Assembly (NCBI RefSeq): GCF_000017305.1
Contig: NC_009664.2
Span: forward strand, 3,330,001 to 3,362,000
Direction of reading: 5' to 3'
From: Kineococcus radiotolerans SRS30216 = ATCC BAA-149
GTDB lineage: Bacteria; Actinomycetota; Actinomycetes; Actinomycetales; Kineococcaceae
DNA length: 32,000 nucleotides
The notes beneath the pieces were generated by a model. That model was given only the letters and a program-made list of their open reading frames with translations, did not search any database and was not told where the DNA came from. The translations under genes were made by a program, and so were the position numbers. Shown here piece after piece: positions 1 to 8,722 of this stretch (the stretch's first letter is position 1; each line of letters begins with the position of its first letter).

Positions 1-852
1 CTGGTGCTCACCCAGTTCGCCTTCCTCGGCCACGACGGGGCGCACAAGCAGATCTTCGCCTCCCACCGCGGCAACGAGTGGGCGGCGCGGATCTTCGCGG
101 CGCTGCTGACCGGCCTGAGCTACGGCTGGTGGATGGGCAAGCACACCAAGCACCACCAGGCCCCCAACGCGCGCGGGATCGACACCGACATCGAGTCCGA
201 GGTCGTCTCCTTCCACGAGGAGGCCGCGGCGAGCCGTCGCGGGCTGCTGCGCTGGGCCACGTCCAAGCAGGGCTACTGGTTCTACCCGCTGCTGCTGCTG
301 GCCGGGCTCAACCTGCACGCCGACTCGACGAAGTCGCTCATCACGGGCCGCCGGACGAAGAAGCGCTGGATCGACGCCTCGCTGATCGTCGTGCACTGGG
401 CCGTCTACCTCAGCGCGCTGGTGCTGCTGCTGGGCCCGGCCCGCGGGGCCGCCTTCTTCGCCGTCCACATGGGCGCCTTCGGGGTCTCCATGGGCGGGGC
501 CTTCGCCCCCAACCACGTCGGCATGCCCATCGTGGCGCGCGAGACGAAGGTCGACTTCATCCGCCGCCAGGTGCTGATGTCGCGCAACATCTCCGGCGGC
601 TGGTTCGTGGACCTCTTCATGGGCGGGCTGAACTTCCAGGTGGAGCACCACCTCTTCCCCAGCCTGCCCCGGCCCAACCTGCGGGCCGTGCAGCCCTTCG
701 TGCGCCGCTTCTGCGCCGAGCACGGCATCGACTACACCGAGACGTCGCTGCCGCAGGCGCTGCGCGACATCACCACCTACCTCAACGAGGTCGGGCTGGC
801 CGCGCGCGACCCGTTCCGGTGCCCGCTGGTGTCCCAGCTGCGCAGCAACTGA
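1..852 (+). CDS. Membrane fatty-acid desaturase family protein, 5'-truncated by the window edge
   Basis: Frame-1 ORF is open to base 1, with stop TGA at 850-852. It carries the three His boxes of membrane desaturases (HDGAH, HTKHH, QVEHHLFP) with hydrophobic segments between them. Confidence 0.85.
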   Translation: MVLTQFAFLGHDGAHKQIFASHRGNEWAARIFAALLTGLSYGWWMGKHTKHHQAPNARGIDTDIESEVVSFHEEAAASRRGLLRWATSKQGYWFYPLLLLAGLNLHADSTKSLITGRRTKKRWIDASLIVVHWAVYLSALVLLLGPARGAAFFAVHMGAFGVSMGGAFAPNHVGMPIVARETKVDFIRRQVLMSRNISGGWFVDLFMGGLNFQVEHHLFPSLPRPNLRAVQPFVRRFCAEHGIDYTETSLPQALRDITTYLNEVGLAARDPFRCPLVSQLRSN

Positions 853-1036
853 CGTCCCCGCCGCGGGGGGTTGCGCACCCCGGACCTGATCGTGGTAGCT
901 TTCTCTCAGTCGCAGTTTCTCGACGTGCATGATGCGCCCCGGGGACTAACTCGAGGGTCCAGCACGCTTTCCAGACAGGTCAGCCCCTCGGCGACGAGTT
1001 CCACTCCGGTGGAGCGCATACCTTGAGGAGGCCTTC
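853..1036 (+). promoter_or_regulatory. Promoter and long 5' leader of the cold-shock gene, with SD GAGGAGG at 1025-1031
   Basis: 184-bp non-coding stretch of lower GC upstream of cspA. A strong SD lies 5 nt before the ATG at 1037. Long structured leaders are typical of csp genes (established knowledge). The promoter itself was not located. Confidence 0.4.
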
Positions 1037-1240
1037 ATGGCTCAGGGAACTGTCAAGTGGTTCAACGGCGAAAAGGGCTTCGGCTTCATCGCCCCGACTG
1101 ACGGCGGCCCGGACGTCTTCGTCCACTACTCCGCGATCGCCGGCAACGGCTTCCGCAACCTGGAAGAGAACGACCAGGTCGAGTACGAAGTGACCCAGGG
1201 CGCCAAGGGCCCCCAGGCCTCGAACGTCACGCGTCTCTGA
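1037..1240 (+). CDS. cspA: Cold-shock protein, CspA family (67 aa)
   Basis: [20 protein letters not shown]...DVFVHYSAI contains the RNP1 (KGFGFI) and RNP2 (VFVHY) motifs. ATG start with a strong SD; canonical 67-aa length. Confidence 0.97.
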   Translation: MAQGTVKWFNGEKGFGFIAPTDGGPDVFVHYSAIAGNGFRNLEENDQVEYEVTQGAKGPQASNVTRL

Positions 1241-1251
1241 TCTGCAGACGC

Positions 1252-1310
1252 TGACGGTCTGACCGTCACGCGATCCCCGTCCCGGCTCCGGCTGGGGCGG
1301 GGATCGTCGC
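1252..1310. terminator. Two GC-rich hairpins between convergent cspA and the DinB-family gene (possible bidirectional terminator)
   Basis: TGACGGTC/GACCGTCA dyad at 1252-1268. GCGATCCCCG ... CGGGGATCG dyad at 1270-1306. There is no clear U-tract, so the terminator call is weak. Confidence 0.3.
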
Positions 1311-1323
1311 GTTCGGGGGTCCT

Positions 1324-1830
1324 TCAGCGCCGGTCGAGGACGCCGCGCACGAAGGCCGCCTGCCCGGCGTGCTCCAAGTCGTCGTCCAGGACGCTGACCA
1401 GCCGCACGCCCAGGGTGACCGGCGGGTCCCAGGCGTCGTCGACGACGCGGTCGAGGTCGGCGCCGGTGAGGCCCCGCAGGTACTGCGCGGTCCGGGCCGA
1501 CACCGCGTCGAGGTACCCGGTGAGCAGGTCCGCCCCCGCCCGCACCCGCCCGACCTGCTCCGCGCTGAAGCCGTAGCCCGTCTCGCCCGGCCCGAAGGGC
1601 AGCCCGAAGCGCTCCGCCCACCCGTCCGCGGTCCAGGTCTGCTCGTGCCCCGCGACCTCGCTGACGTGGTCGTCCTGCACCCGGGTCAGGTGCCACACGA
1701 GCCACGCGATGGAGTTCGCCCCCTCGTCCAGGCGCATGCTCAGCGCCTCCTCGTCCAGGCCCTCGACCGCCGCGTGCACCACGGGGGAGATGCGGCCGTA
1801 GCCGTCCAGCAGGATGTCTGCGATGTCCAC
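1324..1830 (-). CDS. DinB/DUF664-family protein (putative mycothiol-dependent transferase)
   Basis: 168-aa ORF with GTG start at 1830. WLVWHLTRVQDDH and C-terminal LEHAGQAAFVRG resemble the DinB four-helix-bundle His-triad family common in Actinobacteria. Confidence 0.75.
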   Translation of the reverse strand: MDIADILLDGYGRISPVVHAAVEGLDEEALSMRLDEGANSIAWLVWHLTRVQDDHVSEVAGHEQTWTADGWAERFGLPFGPGETGYGFSAEQVGRVRAGADLLTGYLDAVSARTAQYLRGLTGADLDRVVDDAWDPPVTLGVRLVSVLDDDLEHAGQAAFVRGVLDRR

Positions 1831-1931
1831 GCCCCCTGCCTAGTCCCCCCGGACCGCTCCCGCACCCGCGGCCCCGCCCGTGCCGGCCCCGGCGCCGTGC
1901 CGATCGACCCCCGGCACGGCAGACTCCTGAC

Positions 1932-2939
1932 GTGCCCCGTCCCGACGTCCGCCTGCGCCTGCCCCGCAGGCGGCCGCTGTCCCCGCTGGTGGCCATCGCC
2001 GCACGGCTCGGCGTGGCCCTGGCTCTCGTCCTCGCGGCCTGGGGGATGGTGCTGCTGGAGCGGGACGGCTACACCGACAACCTGGACGGCGCGGTCTCGG
2101 TCACCGACGCGCTCTACTACACGACGGTGACCCTCTCCACGACCGGCTACGGCGACATCGTCCCCACCAGCGACGCCGCGCGGCTGGTCAACGCGCTCGT
2201 CGTGACCCCGATGCGCGTCCTCTTCGTCATCGTCCTCGTGGGGACCACCATCCAGGCCCTCACCGAACGCTCCCGCACCGAGATCCGCCTCGCGCGGTGG
2301 AGGTCCCGCATGCGCGACCACGTCATCGTCCTGGGCTACGGCACCAAGGGCCGCAACGCCGTCCGCGCGCTGCGCCTGCAGGGCCAGCCCGTCGACCGGA
2401 TCGTCGTCGTCGACCGCAACCCGGCGATGACGGCCGACGCGGCCGAGGACGGCTACGTCTGCGTCACCGGCGACGTCACCCGCTCGGCGACGTTCACCGC
2501 CGCCCTCGTGGAGCGGGCCGCCCGCGTGGTGGTCGCCGTGGACCGCGACGACACCTCCATCCTGGCCACCCTGGCCCTGCGGCGGATCAACCCCACGATC
2601 ACCGTGGTGGCCTCGGCCCGGGAGGCCGAGCACGCCGACCTGCTGCGCCAGAGCGGGGCGAGCTCGGTGGTCGTCTCCTCGGAGACGACGGGCCGGCTGC
2701 TGGGGCTGGCCGCCCACAGCCCCGCCGCGGTCGAGGTGGTCGAGGACCTGGTCTCCTTCGGCGCGGGTCTGGACCTGGCCGACCGCCCGGTGACCGCGCA
2801 GGAGGTCGGGCGCGGCGCGGAGGACCTCGACGTGCCGGTGCTGGCCGTGGTGCGGGAGGGGCGGACCCTGCGCTACCGGGACCCCGAGCTGGGGGTCCTG
2901 CGCCGGGGTGACCGGCTGCTCTACGTGGCGGCCGGGTGA
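1932..2939 (+). CDS. Potassium channel protein with RCK/TrkA-N and TrkA-C domains (MthK-like)
   Basis: Selectivity filter TVTLSTTGYGDIVP flanked by two TM helices. Rossmann motif VIVLGYGTKGRNAVRAL follows. GTG start at 1932; start uncertain. Confidence 0.88.
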   Translation: MPRPDVRLRLPRRRPLSPLVAIAARLGVALALVLAAWGMVLLERDGYTDNLDGAVSVTDALYYTTVTLSTTGYGDIVPTSDAARLVNALVVTPMRVLFVIVLVGTTIQALTERSRTEIRLARWRSRMRDHVIVLGYGTKGRNAVRALRLQGQPVDRIVVVDRNPAMTADAAEDGYVCVTGDVTRSATFTAALVERAARVVVAVDRDDTSILATLALRRINPTITVVASAREAEHADLLRQSGASSVVVSSETTGRLLGLAAHSPAAVEVVEDLVSFGAGLDLADRPVTAQEVGRGAEDLDVPVLAVVREGRTLRYRDPELGVLRRGDRLLYVAAG

Positions 2940-3002
2940 ACCTCACCCCGTTCCCGCGCGCCGCGGTCCAGCCCGGGCCCCAGGTGGCCGACACCTGCTG
3001 AC

Positions 3003-4379
3003 GTGACCCCGCAGCCCTCCCCCTCGAGGACCCCGGCGGCGGACCCCGCGGTCGCGCTGCTGGCGGAGCTGCACGACCTCGTCACCGACCGGCCCGCGGA
3101 CCTCGAGGCGCTGCTGGGGGTCGTCGTGGACCGGCTGGCCCGCCCCTGCGGCGTGCTCGCGGCGCGGGTCGAGGCGGACGGCGCGCAGGCGGCGGGGGGA
3201 CGGGCGCTGGTGCTGCCCCTGCGGCTGTTCGGCGAGGACCTCGGCCGGCTGGTCCTCACCGGCGCCCCCGGGCTGCGGCTGCCCCCCGACCTCGCGCGCG
3301 GGCTCGCCCACCACGTGGCCCTCGTCGTGGAGGCCGGCGCGGTGCGCCGGGCGCGCGCCCTCGACACGGCCGCGGCCGGGGCGGTCCGCCGGCTGTTCGA
3401 GGAGGGCACCCGGGCCGCGACGGTGCGCGAGGCCGGGGAGGTCCTCGCCCGGGTCACCGCGCAGGTCCTCGGCACCGAGCGCGTCGCGGTGCACCTCATC
3501 GACCCCGGCGGGCGCGTCCACGACCTGCTCGACCTCGGGGTCCCGGCGGAGGTCGCCGAGGCGCTGCGGGTCCAGGTCCTGGGCCGGCTCGCCGGGGACT
3601 CGCCGGTCTGGCGCCGGGCCCTGCGCGAGGGGGGACCCGTCCTCGCCGACGACACCGCGGACGCCCCGGGGCGTCCCGGCGGCTTCATCGCGACGATGCG
3701 GTTGCGCAGCTACGTCGCGATGCCCCTGCTCTCGGCCTCCGGGGCGGTGGGGATGGTCGTCTGCGGCGACGTCGGCGCGACCCGCACCTGGAGCGACCGC
3801 GACCGCCGGGTGGCGCAGCAGCTGGCCCTGGAGGGGGCGCTGGTCGTCGACAGCGCCCGGTTGCGGCAGTCCGAGCGGGCCCACCTGGAGGAGCTGCGGT
3901 TCCACGCCGACCACGACGAGCTGACCGGTCTGCCCAACCGCCGCCGGCTGCTGGACGCGATCGCCGCGGCGACGGCCCCGGGTGCGGAGGGCGGCGCGCT
4001 CCTCCTGCTGGACCTCGACGGGTTCAAGCGGGTCAACGACGCCCTGGGCCACTCCGCCGGCGACGAGCTGCTGCGCGAGGTCGCCCGCCGGTTGCGCCGG
4101 GAGGTCCGGGCCGAGGACGTCGCGGCCCGCCTCGGCGGGGACGAGTTCGCCGTGCTGCTCCGCGGGACCACCCGGGCGGAGGCGGAGGACCTCGCGGCCC
4201 GCCTCGCCGCGGCGCTGCGCGAACCCGTCGCGGTCGAGGGGACGTCGGTGCGGGTGGGGGCGAGCGTGGGCGTGGCGGCGCTGGCCGACCACGCGCAGGA
4301 CGTCACCGGTCTCCTGCGCGCGGCCGACACCGCGATGTACGCCGCCAAGCGCGCGGCCGGTCGCCGCTCGCGACGCTGA
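3003..4379 (+). CDS. GAF domain-containing diguanylate cyclase (GGDEF)
   Basis: GAF-like N-terminal half. DELTGLPNRR, active site RLGGDEFAVLL, and an RxxD I-site (RAED) five residues upstream of GGDEF. GTG start at 3003. Confidence 0.9.
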   Translation: MTPQPSPSRTPAADPAVALLAELHDLVTDRPADLEALLGVVVDRLARPCGVLAARVEADGAQAAGGRALVLPLRLFGEDLGRLVLTGAPGLRLPPDLARGLAHHVALVVEAGAVRRARALDTAAAGAVRRLFEEGTRAATVREAGEVLARVTAQVLGTERVAVHLIDPGGRVHDLLDLGVPAEVAEALRVQVLGRLAGDSPVWRRALREGGPVLADDTADAPGRPGGFIATMRLRSYVAMPLLSASGAVGMVVCGDVGATRTWSDRDRRVAQQLALEGALVVDSARLRQSERAHLEELRFHADHDELTGLPNRRRLLDAIAAATAPGAEGGALLLLDLDGFKRVNDALGHSAGDELLREVARRLRREVRAEDVAARLGGDEFAVLLRGTTRAEAEDLAARLAAALREPVAVEGTSVRVGASVGVAALADHAQDVTGLLRAADTAMYAAKRAAGRRSRR

Positions 4380-4406
4380 CCCCGCCGCCGGGTGGGCGGG
4401 CCGGCC

Positions 4407-5624
4407 TCAGCGGCCGGCGAGCCGCCCGGTGAGGAACGTGCCGATGCGCCCCACGGCGCTCTCCAGGTCCTCCACGCGGGGGAGGGTCACGATCCGGAAG
4501 TGGTCGGGCTTGGGCCAGTTGAACCCGGTGCCCTGCACGACGAGCACGTGCTGGGACTCCAGCAGGTCGACGATGAGCTGGTAGTCGTCCTCGACCCGGT
4601 GCACCTCGGGGTCGAGCCGGGGGAAGCAGTACAGGGCCCCGCGGGGTTTCACGCAGCTGACCCCGGGGATCTGGTTCAGCAGCTCCCACGTCCGGTGCGA
4701 CTGCTCGGCCAGCCGCCCGCCGGGCAGGACGAGGTCGTTGATGGACTGGTGCCCCGACAGCGCCGCCTGCACGACGTGCTGGGCGGGGACGTTGGCGCAC
4801 AGGCGCATGTTCGCCAGCAGGTCGAGGCCCTCGACGAACCCGGCGGCGTGCCCCTTGGGACCGGACAGGTACATCCAGCCGGACCGGAAACCCGCCACCC
4901 GGTACGCCTTGGACAGCCCGTTGAACGTGATGCACAGCAGGTCCGGGGCCAGCGAGGCCGTGGAGACGTGGACGGCGTCGTCGTAGAGGATCTTGTCGTA
5001 GATCTCGTCGGACAGGACGAGCAGGCCGTGCTCGCGCGCGACCTGGAGCATCCCCTCGAGCACGGCCTTGCCGTACACCGCGCCGGTGGGGTTGTTGGGG
5101 TTGATGACGACCATCGCCTTGGTCCGCGGGGTCACCTGCGCCCGCAGGTGGTCGAGGTCGGGTTCCCAGCCGGCGGACTCGTCGCAGAGGTAGTGCACGG
5201 CGCGCCCGCCGGCGAGGCTCGTCGCGGCGGTCCACAGCGGGTAGTCCGGGGCCGGGACGAGGACCTCGTCGCCGTCGTTGAGCAGCGCCTGCATCGTCAT
5301 GACGATGAGTTCGCTGACCCCGTTGCCCATGTACACGTCGTTGACGTCGACCCCGGGGACGCCCTTGAGCTGACTGGACTGCACCACCGCGCGGCGGGCG
5401 GAGGGAACCCCCTTGCTGTCGCTGTAGCCCTGCGCCACCGGCAGGTTGGCGACCATGTCCTGGAGCAGTTCCTCGGGGGCCTCGAAGCCGAACGGGGCCG
5501 GGTTGCCGATGTTCAGCTTGAGGATCCGGTGGCCGGCCTCCTCGAGCTGCTGGGCGCGGCGCAGGGCGGGGCCGCGCACGTCGTAGAGGACGTCGGCCAG
5601 CTTGTCGGACTGCTCGAGCTTCAT
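4407..5624 (-). CDS. alaA: PLP-dependent alanine aminotransferase (AlaA-type class I aminotransferase)
   Basis: 405 aa. LKLNIGNPAPFGF, QGYSDSKG, NPNNPTGAVY and FNGLSKAYRVAGFRSGW (PLP lysine) are nearly colinear with E. coli AlaA as I recall it. Confidence 0.92.
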   Translation of the reverse strand: MKLEQSDKLADVLYDVRGPALRRAQQLEEAGHRILKLNIGNPAPFGFEAPEELLQDMVANLPVAQGYSDSKGVPSARRAVVQSSQLKGVPGVDVNDVYMGNGVSELIVMTMQALLNDGDEVLVPAPDYPLWTAATSLAGGRAVHYLCDESAGWEPDLDHLRAQVTPRTKAMVVINPNNPTGAVYGKAVLEGMLQVAREHGLLVLSDEIYDKILYDDAVHVSTASLAPDLLCITFNGLSKAYRVAGFRSGWMYLSGPKGHAAGFVEGLDLLANMRLCANVPAQHVVQAALSGHQSINDLVLPGGRLAEQSHRTWELLNQIPGVSCVKPRGALYCFPRLDPEVHRVEDDYQLIVDLLESQHVLVVQGTGFNWPKPDHFRIVTLPRVEDLESAVGRIGTFLTGRLAGR

Positions 5625-5679
5625 CGTCCTGCCTCGTCCTGGTTCCCGGGTCGGTCGGTGGTCGGTCCGTGCCAGCTTG

Positions 5680-6565
5680 TCACGATCGGATCCTGGTGCG
5701 GACGGCGAGGGCGGCGCACCCCACGACGGCCAGGCCCCCCGCGACGGTCGTCGCGGTCAGCGGTTCGCCGAGCAGCAGCGCGGCCCAGGCGATGGTCAGG
5801 ACGGGTTGCACGAGCTGGACCTGGCTGACGCGGGCCATCGGCCCGATCCGCAGCCCGCGGTACCAGGCGAAGAACCCCAGGAACGCGCTCACCACGGCCA
5901 GGTAGCCGAAGGCGGCCCACTGCCCGGCCGTCGCCGCGGGGGGGCGCGGCCAGCGAGGAAGCCGCGGTGACGGCCAGCGCCGCCGGCGCCGCGAGCACGA
6001 GCGCCCACGAGATCGTCGGCCACGCGCCGAGCTCGCGGGCCAGCAGCCCGCCCTCGGTGTAGCCGACGGCGGCGGCGAGGACCGCCGCGAACAGCAGCAG
6101 GTCCGCCCGGTGCAGCCCCCCGGGTCCCCCGTCGCGGGCGGCGAACGCGACGGCGCACACCGCCCCGGCCGCGGCCGCCGCCCAGAACGCCCGCGAGGGC
6201 CGCTCCCCGGTGCGCAGCACGGCGGTGACCGCGGTGGCCGCCGGGAGCAGGGCGACGACCACGGCGCCGTGGGCGGCCGGTGCGCTGGTCAGGGCGAAGG
6301 AGGTGAGCAGCGGGAACCCGGCGACGACGCCGCCGGCCACGAGGGCCAGGCGCCGCCACTGCCGGCGGGTCGGGCGGGGGGCCCGGGTCAGCAGCAGCGC
6401 CGCGCCGGCGAGGGCGGCGGCGACGACCGCGCGGCCGGCGCCGGTGAACAGCGGGTCCAGCCCGCCCACGGCGACCCGGGTCAGGGGGATGGTGAGGGAG
6501 AACGCGAGGACCCCGAGGGCGCCCCAGGCCAGCCCCGCGGCGGGCGCGGGGGGCGGGGGTAGCAC
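5680..6565 (-). pseudogene. EamA/DMT-family transporter, reading frame broken at G7 run 5938-5944 (start 6565 GTG; alternatives 6598/6604 ATG)
   Basis: The upstream frame encodes TM helices up to ...AASSLAAPP. The canonical EamA C-terminus (YLAVVSAFLGFFAWYRGLRIGPMARVSQVQLVQPVLTIAWAALLLGEPL) lies in another frame (ORF 5680-5895). Deleting one G restores ...AAPPAATAGQWAAFGYLAVVSAF... Confidence 0.8.
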
Positions 6566-6602
6566 CGACCCGCCGACGACAGTAGCGTTACTCTGCATCC
6601 TC

Positions 6603-8015
6603 ATGAACGACGATAGCACCAGCCGGATCGTGGCGGAGCTGCGGGCGTGGGTCGACACCGCCGCCCCCGGGGCCCGGCTGCCCTCCAACCGCGAGCTCGT
6701 GGCCCGGTTCGCGGTGAGCCCGGTGACGGTGCAGAAGGCGTTCCGCCGCCTGACCGCCGCCGGGCTCGTCGAGTCCCGCCCGGGGGTCGGCACCTTCGTC
6801 CGGGGGGCCCGCCCGGTCCGCCCGGCCGACTACGGCTGGCAGACCGCCGCCCTGCGCGCCCCGCACACCCGCCCGCCCGCGGTGTCGGCGCCGGTGCGGG
6901 CGGCGGCCCCCGACGCGGTCGCCCTCCACTCCGGGTACCCCGCCCTGGACCTGCTGCCCGAACGGCTGCTGCGCAACGCCTTCGCCCGGGCTGGACGGGG
7001 GGAGGCCGGGTGGACCCGGTCCCCGGTGGAGGGCCACCCCGACCTGCGGGCGTGGTTCGCCGCCGAGCTCGCCGCCGTCACCGCCCCGGGGACGACCGCG
7101 CCCACGGCCCGCGACGTCGTCGTGCTGCCGGGGACCCAGAGCGGGCTCTGCTCGGTGTTCCGCGCCCTGGCCGGGGCCGGGCAGCCGGTACTCGTGGAGT
7201 CCCCGACGTACTGGGGGGCGCTGCTGGCCGCCGCCCAGGCCGGGGTCGACGTCGTCCCGGTGCGCGGGGGCCCGCAGGGGCCGGACCCCGCCGACCTCGC
7301 CCGGGCCTTCACCGAGAGCGGGGCCCGGGTGTTCTACGCCCAGCCCACCTTCGCCAACCCCACCGGCGTCCGCTGGAGCGCACGGCGCGTCGAGGAGGTC
7401 CTCGACGTCGTGCGCGCCCACGACGCCTTCCTCGTCGAGGACGACTGGGCCCACGACTTCGCCCTCGACGGCGAGGTCGCCCCCGCCGCGGCCCGCGACG
7501 ACGGCGGGCACGTGGTCCACCTGCGCTCGCTGACCAAGAGCGTGTCGCCGGCCGTCCGGGTGGGTGCCCTCGTCGCCCGCGGACCGGCCCGCGAGCGCAT
7601 CGTCGCCGACCGCCTGGCCGAGTCGGTCTACGTCAGCGGCGTCCTGCAGGCCGCCGCGCTGGAGGTCGTGACGGCCCCGGGGTGGCGGACGCACCTGCGC
7701 TCGATGCGGCACCGGCTGCGCGCGCGCCGCGACCTGATGGTGGAGGAGCTGGCCCGCCACGTCCCGGGCGCGCACCTGCCGCTGGTCCCCGCCGGGGGGC
7801 TGAACCTGTGGGTGCGCCTGCCTGACGCGACCGACGTGCAGCGGCTGGTGGGGGAGTGCGAGCGGGAGGGGGTCGTCGTCGCCGCGGGCGACGAGTGGTT
7901 CCCGGCGGAACCGTCGGGGCCCTTCGTGCGGCTGAACTACTCCGGGCCGGAGCCGGAGCGCTTCGGGGAGGGCCTGGCGGTCCTCGGCCGGGTGCTGGCT
8001 CGGCAGGAGGGGTGA
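6603..8015 (+). CDS. MocR-subfamily GntR transcriptional regulator (wHTH fused to an aminotransferase-like PLP domain)
   Basis: N-terminal LPSNRELVARFAVSPVTVQKAFRRLTAAGLVESRPGVGTFV is a GntR HTH. The C-terminal ~350 aa has an aminotransferase fold with SLTKSVSPAVRVGALV (PLP lysine). ATG at 6603. Confidence 0.9.
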   Translation: MNDDSTSRIVAELRAWVDTAAPGARLPSNRELVARFAVSPVTVQKAFRRLTAAGLVESRPGVGTFVRGARPVRPADYGWQTAALRAPHTRPPAVSAPVRAAAPDAVALHSGYPALDLLPERLLRNAFARAGRGEAGWTRSPVEGHPDLRAWFAAELAAVTAPGTTAPTARDVVVLPGTQSGLCSVFRALAGAGQPVLVESPTYWGALLAAAQAGVDVVPVRGGPQGPDPADLARAFTESGARVFYAQPTFANPTGVRWSARRVEEVLDVVRAHDAFLVEDDWAHDFALDGEVAPAAARDDGGHVVHLRSLTKSVSPAVRVGALVARGPARERIVADRLAESVYVSGVLQAAALEVVTAPGWRTHLRSMRHRLRARRDLMVEELARHVPGAHLPLVPAGGLNLWVRLPDATDVQRLVGECEREGVVVAAGDEWFPAEPSGPFVRLNYSGPEPERFGEGLAVLGRVLARQEG

Positions 8016-8722
8016 GCGTCCCTTTGCCCGACGACGCCGGAGGCGCCAGGGTGGCGGGTGTGCGTGCGCGGACGAACGGCCCCGGGGCGTTCCTGGGCCC
8101 CGGTCTGCTGGCGGCGGCCGCGACGGTCCTCGCCGTCGAGCTCGTGCACGCCGTCGCGGCGCGCTGCGGGTTCCCGGGCGGGCGCGGCGGCGGGGAACCC
8201 GACGTGGTCCTCGTCCTGGGCCACCCCTCCCGCCGGGACGGCACGCTGCACCCGGTGCAGCGCTGGCGCACCGAGATCGCGGTGCGCTCGTCGTCCTCGG
8301 CGCTGCTGGTGTTCTCCGGGTACGCCCCGGCGCGCGGGCGCAGCGAGGCCGCGGTCATGGCCGAGCACGCCCGCCGGGTGCTGGGGGTGGCGCCCGGGCG
8401 CCTGCGCCGGGAGGAGGCCGCGACCTCGACGTGGGACAACATCGCCTTCACCCTCGACGACCTCGCCGCGGGCAGCCGCATCGCGATCGCCTCGTCGCCG
8501 GTGCACGCCCTGCGCGCCCGGCGCTACCTGCGGCGCCTGCGCCCGGACCTCGCCGCCCGCCTGGTGCCCGCCGACGACTACCGCCCCGGGGAGCGCTGGG
8601 GGTGGAAGGCGGCCACCGTCCTCTACGACGGCGCCCGTTCCCTGCGGTTGCGGGTGGGACCGGCCACCGCCGAGACGTCCGAGGTCGCCGGCCGGGGCGA
8701 GGCGGGCGCGCCTCAGGGCTGA
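8012..8722 (+). CDS. DUF218 (YdcF/ElyC/SanA-like) domain protein with an N-terminal TM helix
   Basis: VVLVLGHPS...LLVFSGYAP...SEAAVMAEHA...ATSTWDNIAF...IAIASSPVHALRARRY matches the DUF218 pattern. GTG at 8012 overlaps the MocR stop (GTGA). Start uncertain. Confidence 0.75.
   Translation: MSVPLPDDAGGARVAGVRARTNGPGAFLGPGLLAAAATVLAVELVHAVAARCGFPGGRGGGEPDVVLVLGHPSRRDGTLHPVQRWRTEIAVRSSSSALLVFSGYAPARGRSEAAVMAEHARRVLGVAPGRLRREEAATSTWDNIAFTLDDLAAGSRIAIASSPVHALRARRYLRRLRPDLAARLVPADDYRPGERWGWKAATVLYDGARSLRLRVGPATAETSEVAGRGEAGAPQG

Noticed and set aside
929-949. Mini-ORF ATG ATG CGC CCC GGG GAC TAA in the cspA leader (possible uORF).
   Set aside because: It has only 6 codons and no SD, and nothing distinguishes it from chance. 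It is kept only as part of the leader annotation.
980-1996. 338-aa minus-strand ORF spanning cspA and the DinB gene. Similar long ORFs include 2943-4292(-), 6588-7775(-), 19105-21888(-), 23484-27383(+) and 23950-26928(-).
   Set aside because: The translations are Arg/Pro/Gly-rich low-complexity sequence, typical of out-of-frame or antisense reading in ~74% GC DNA. Each overlaps a gene with clear family motifs and near-100% GC3 in another frame.
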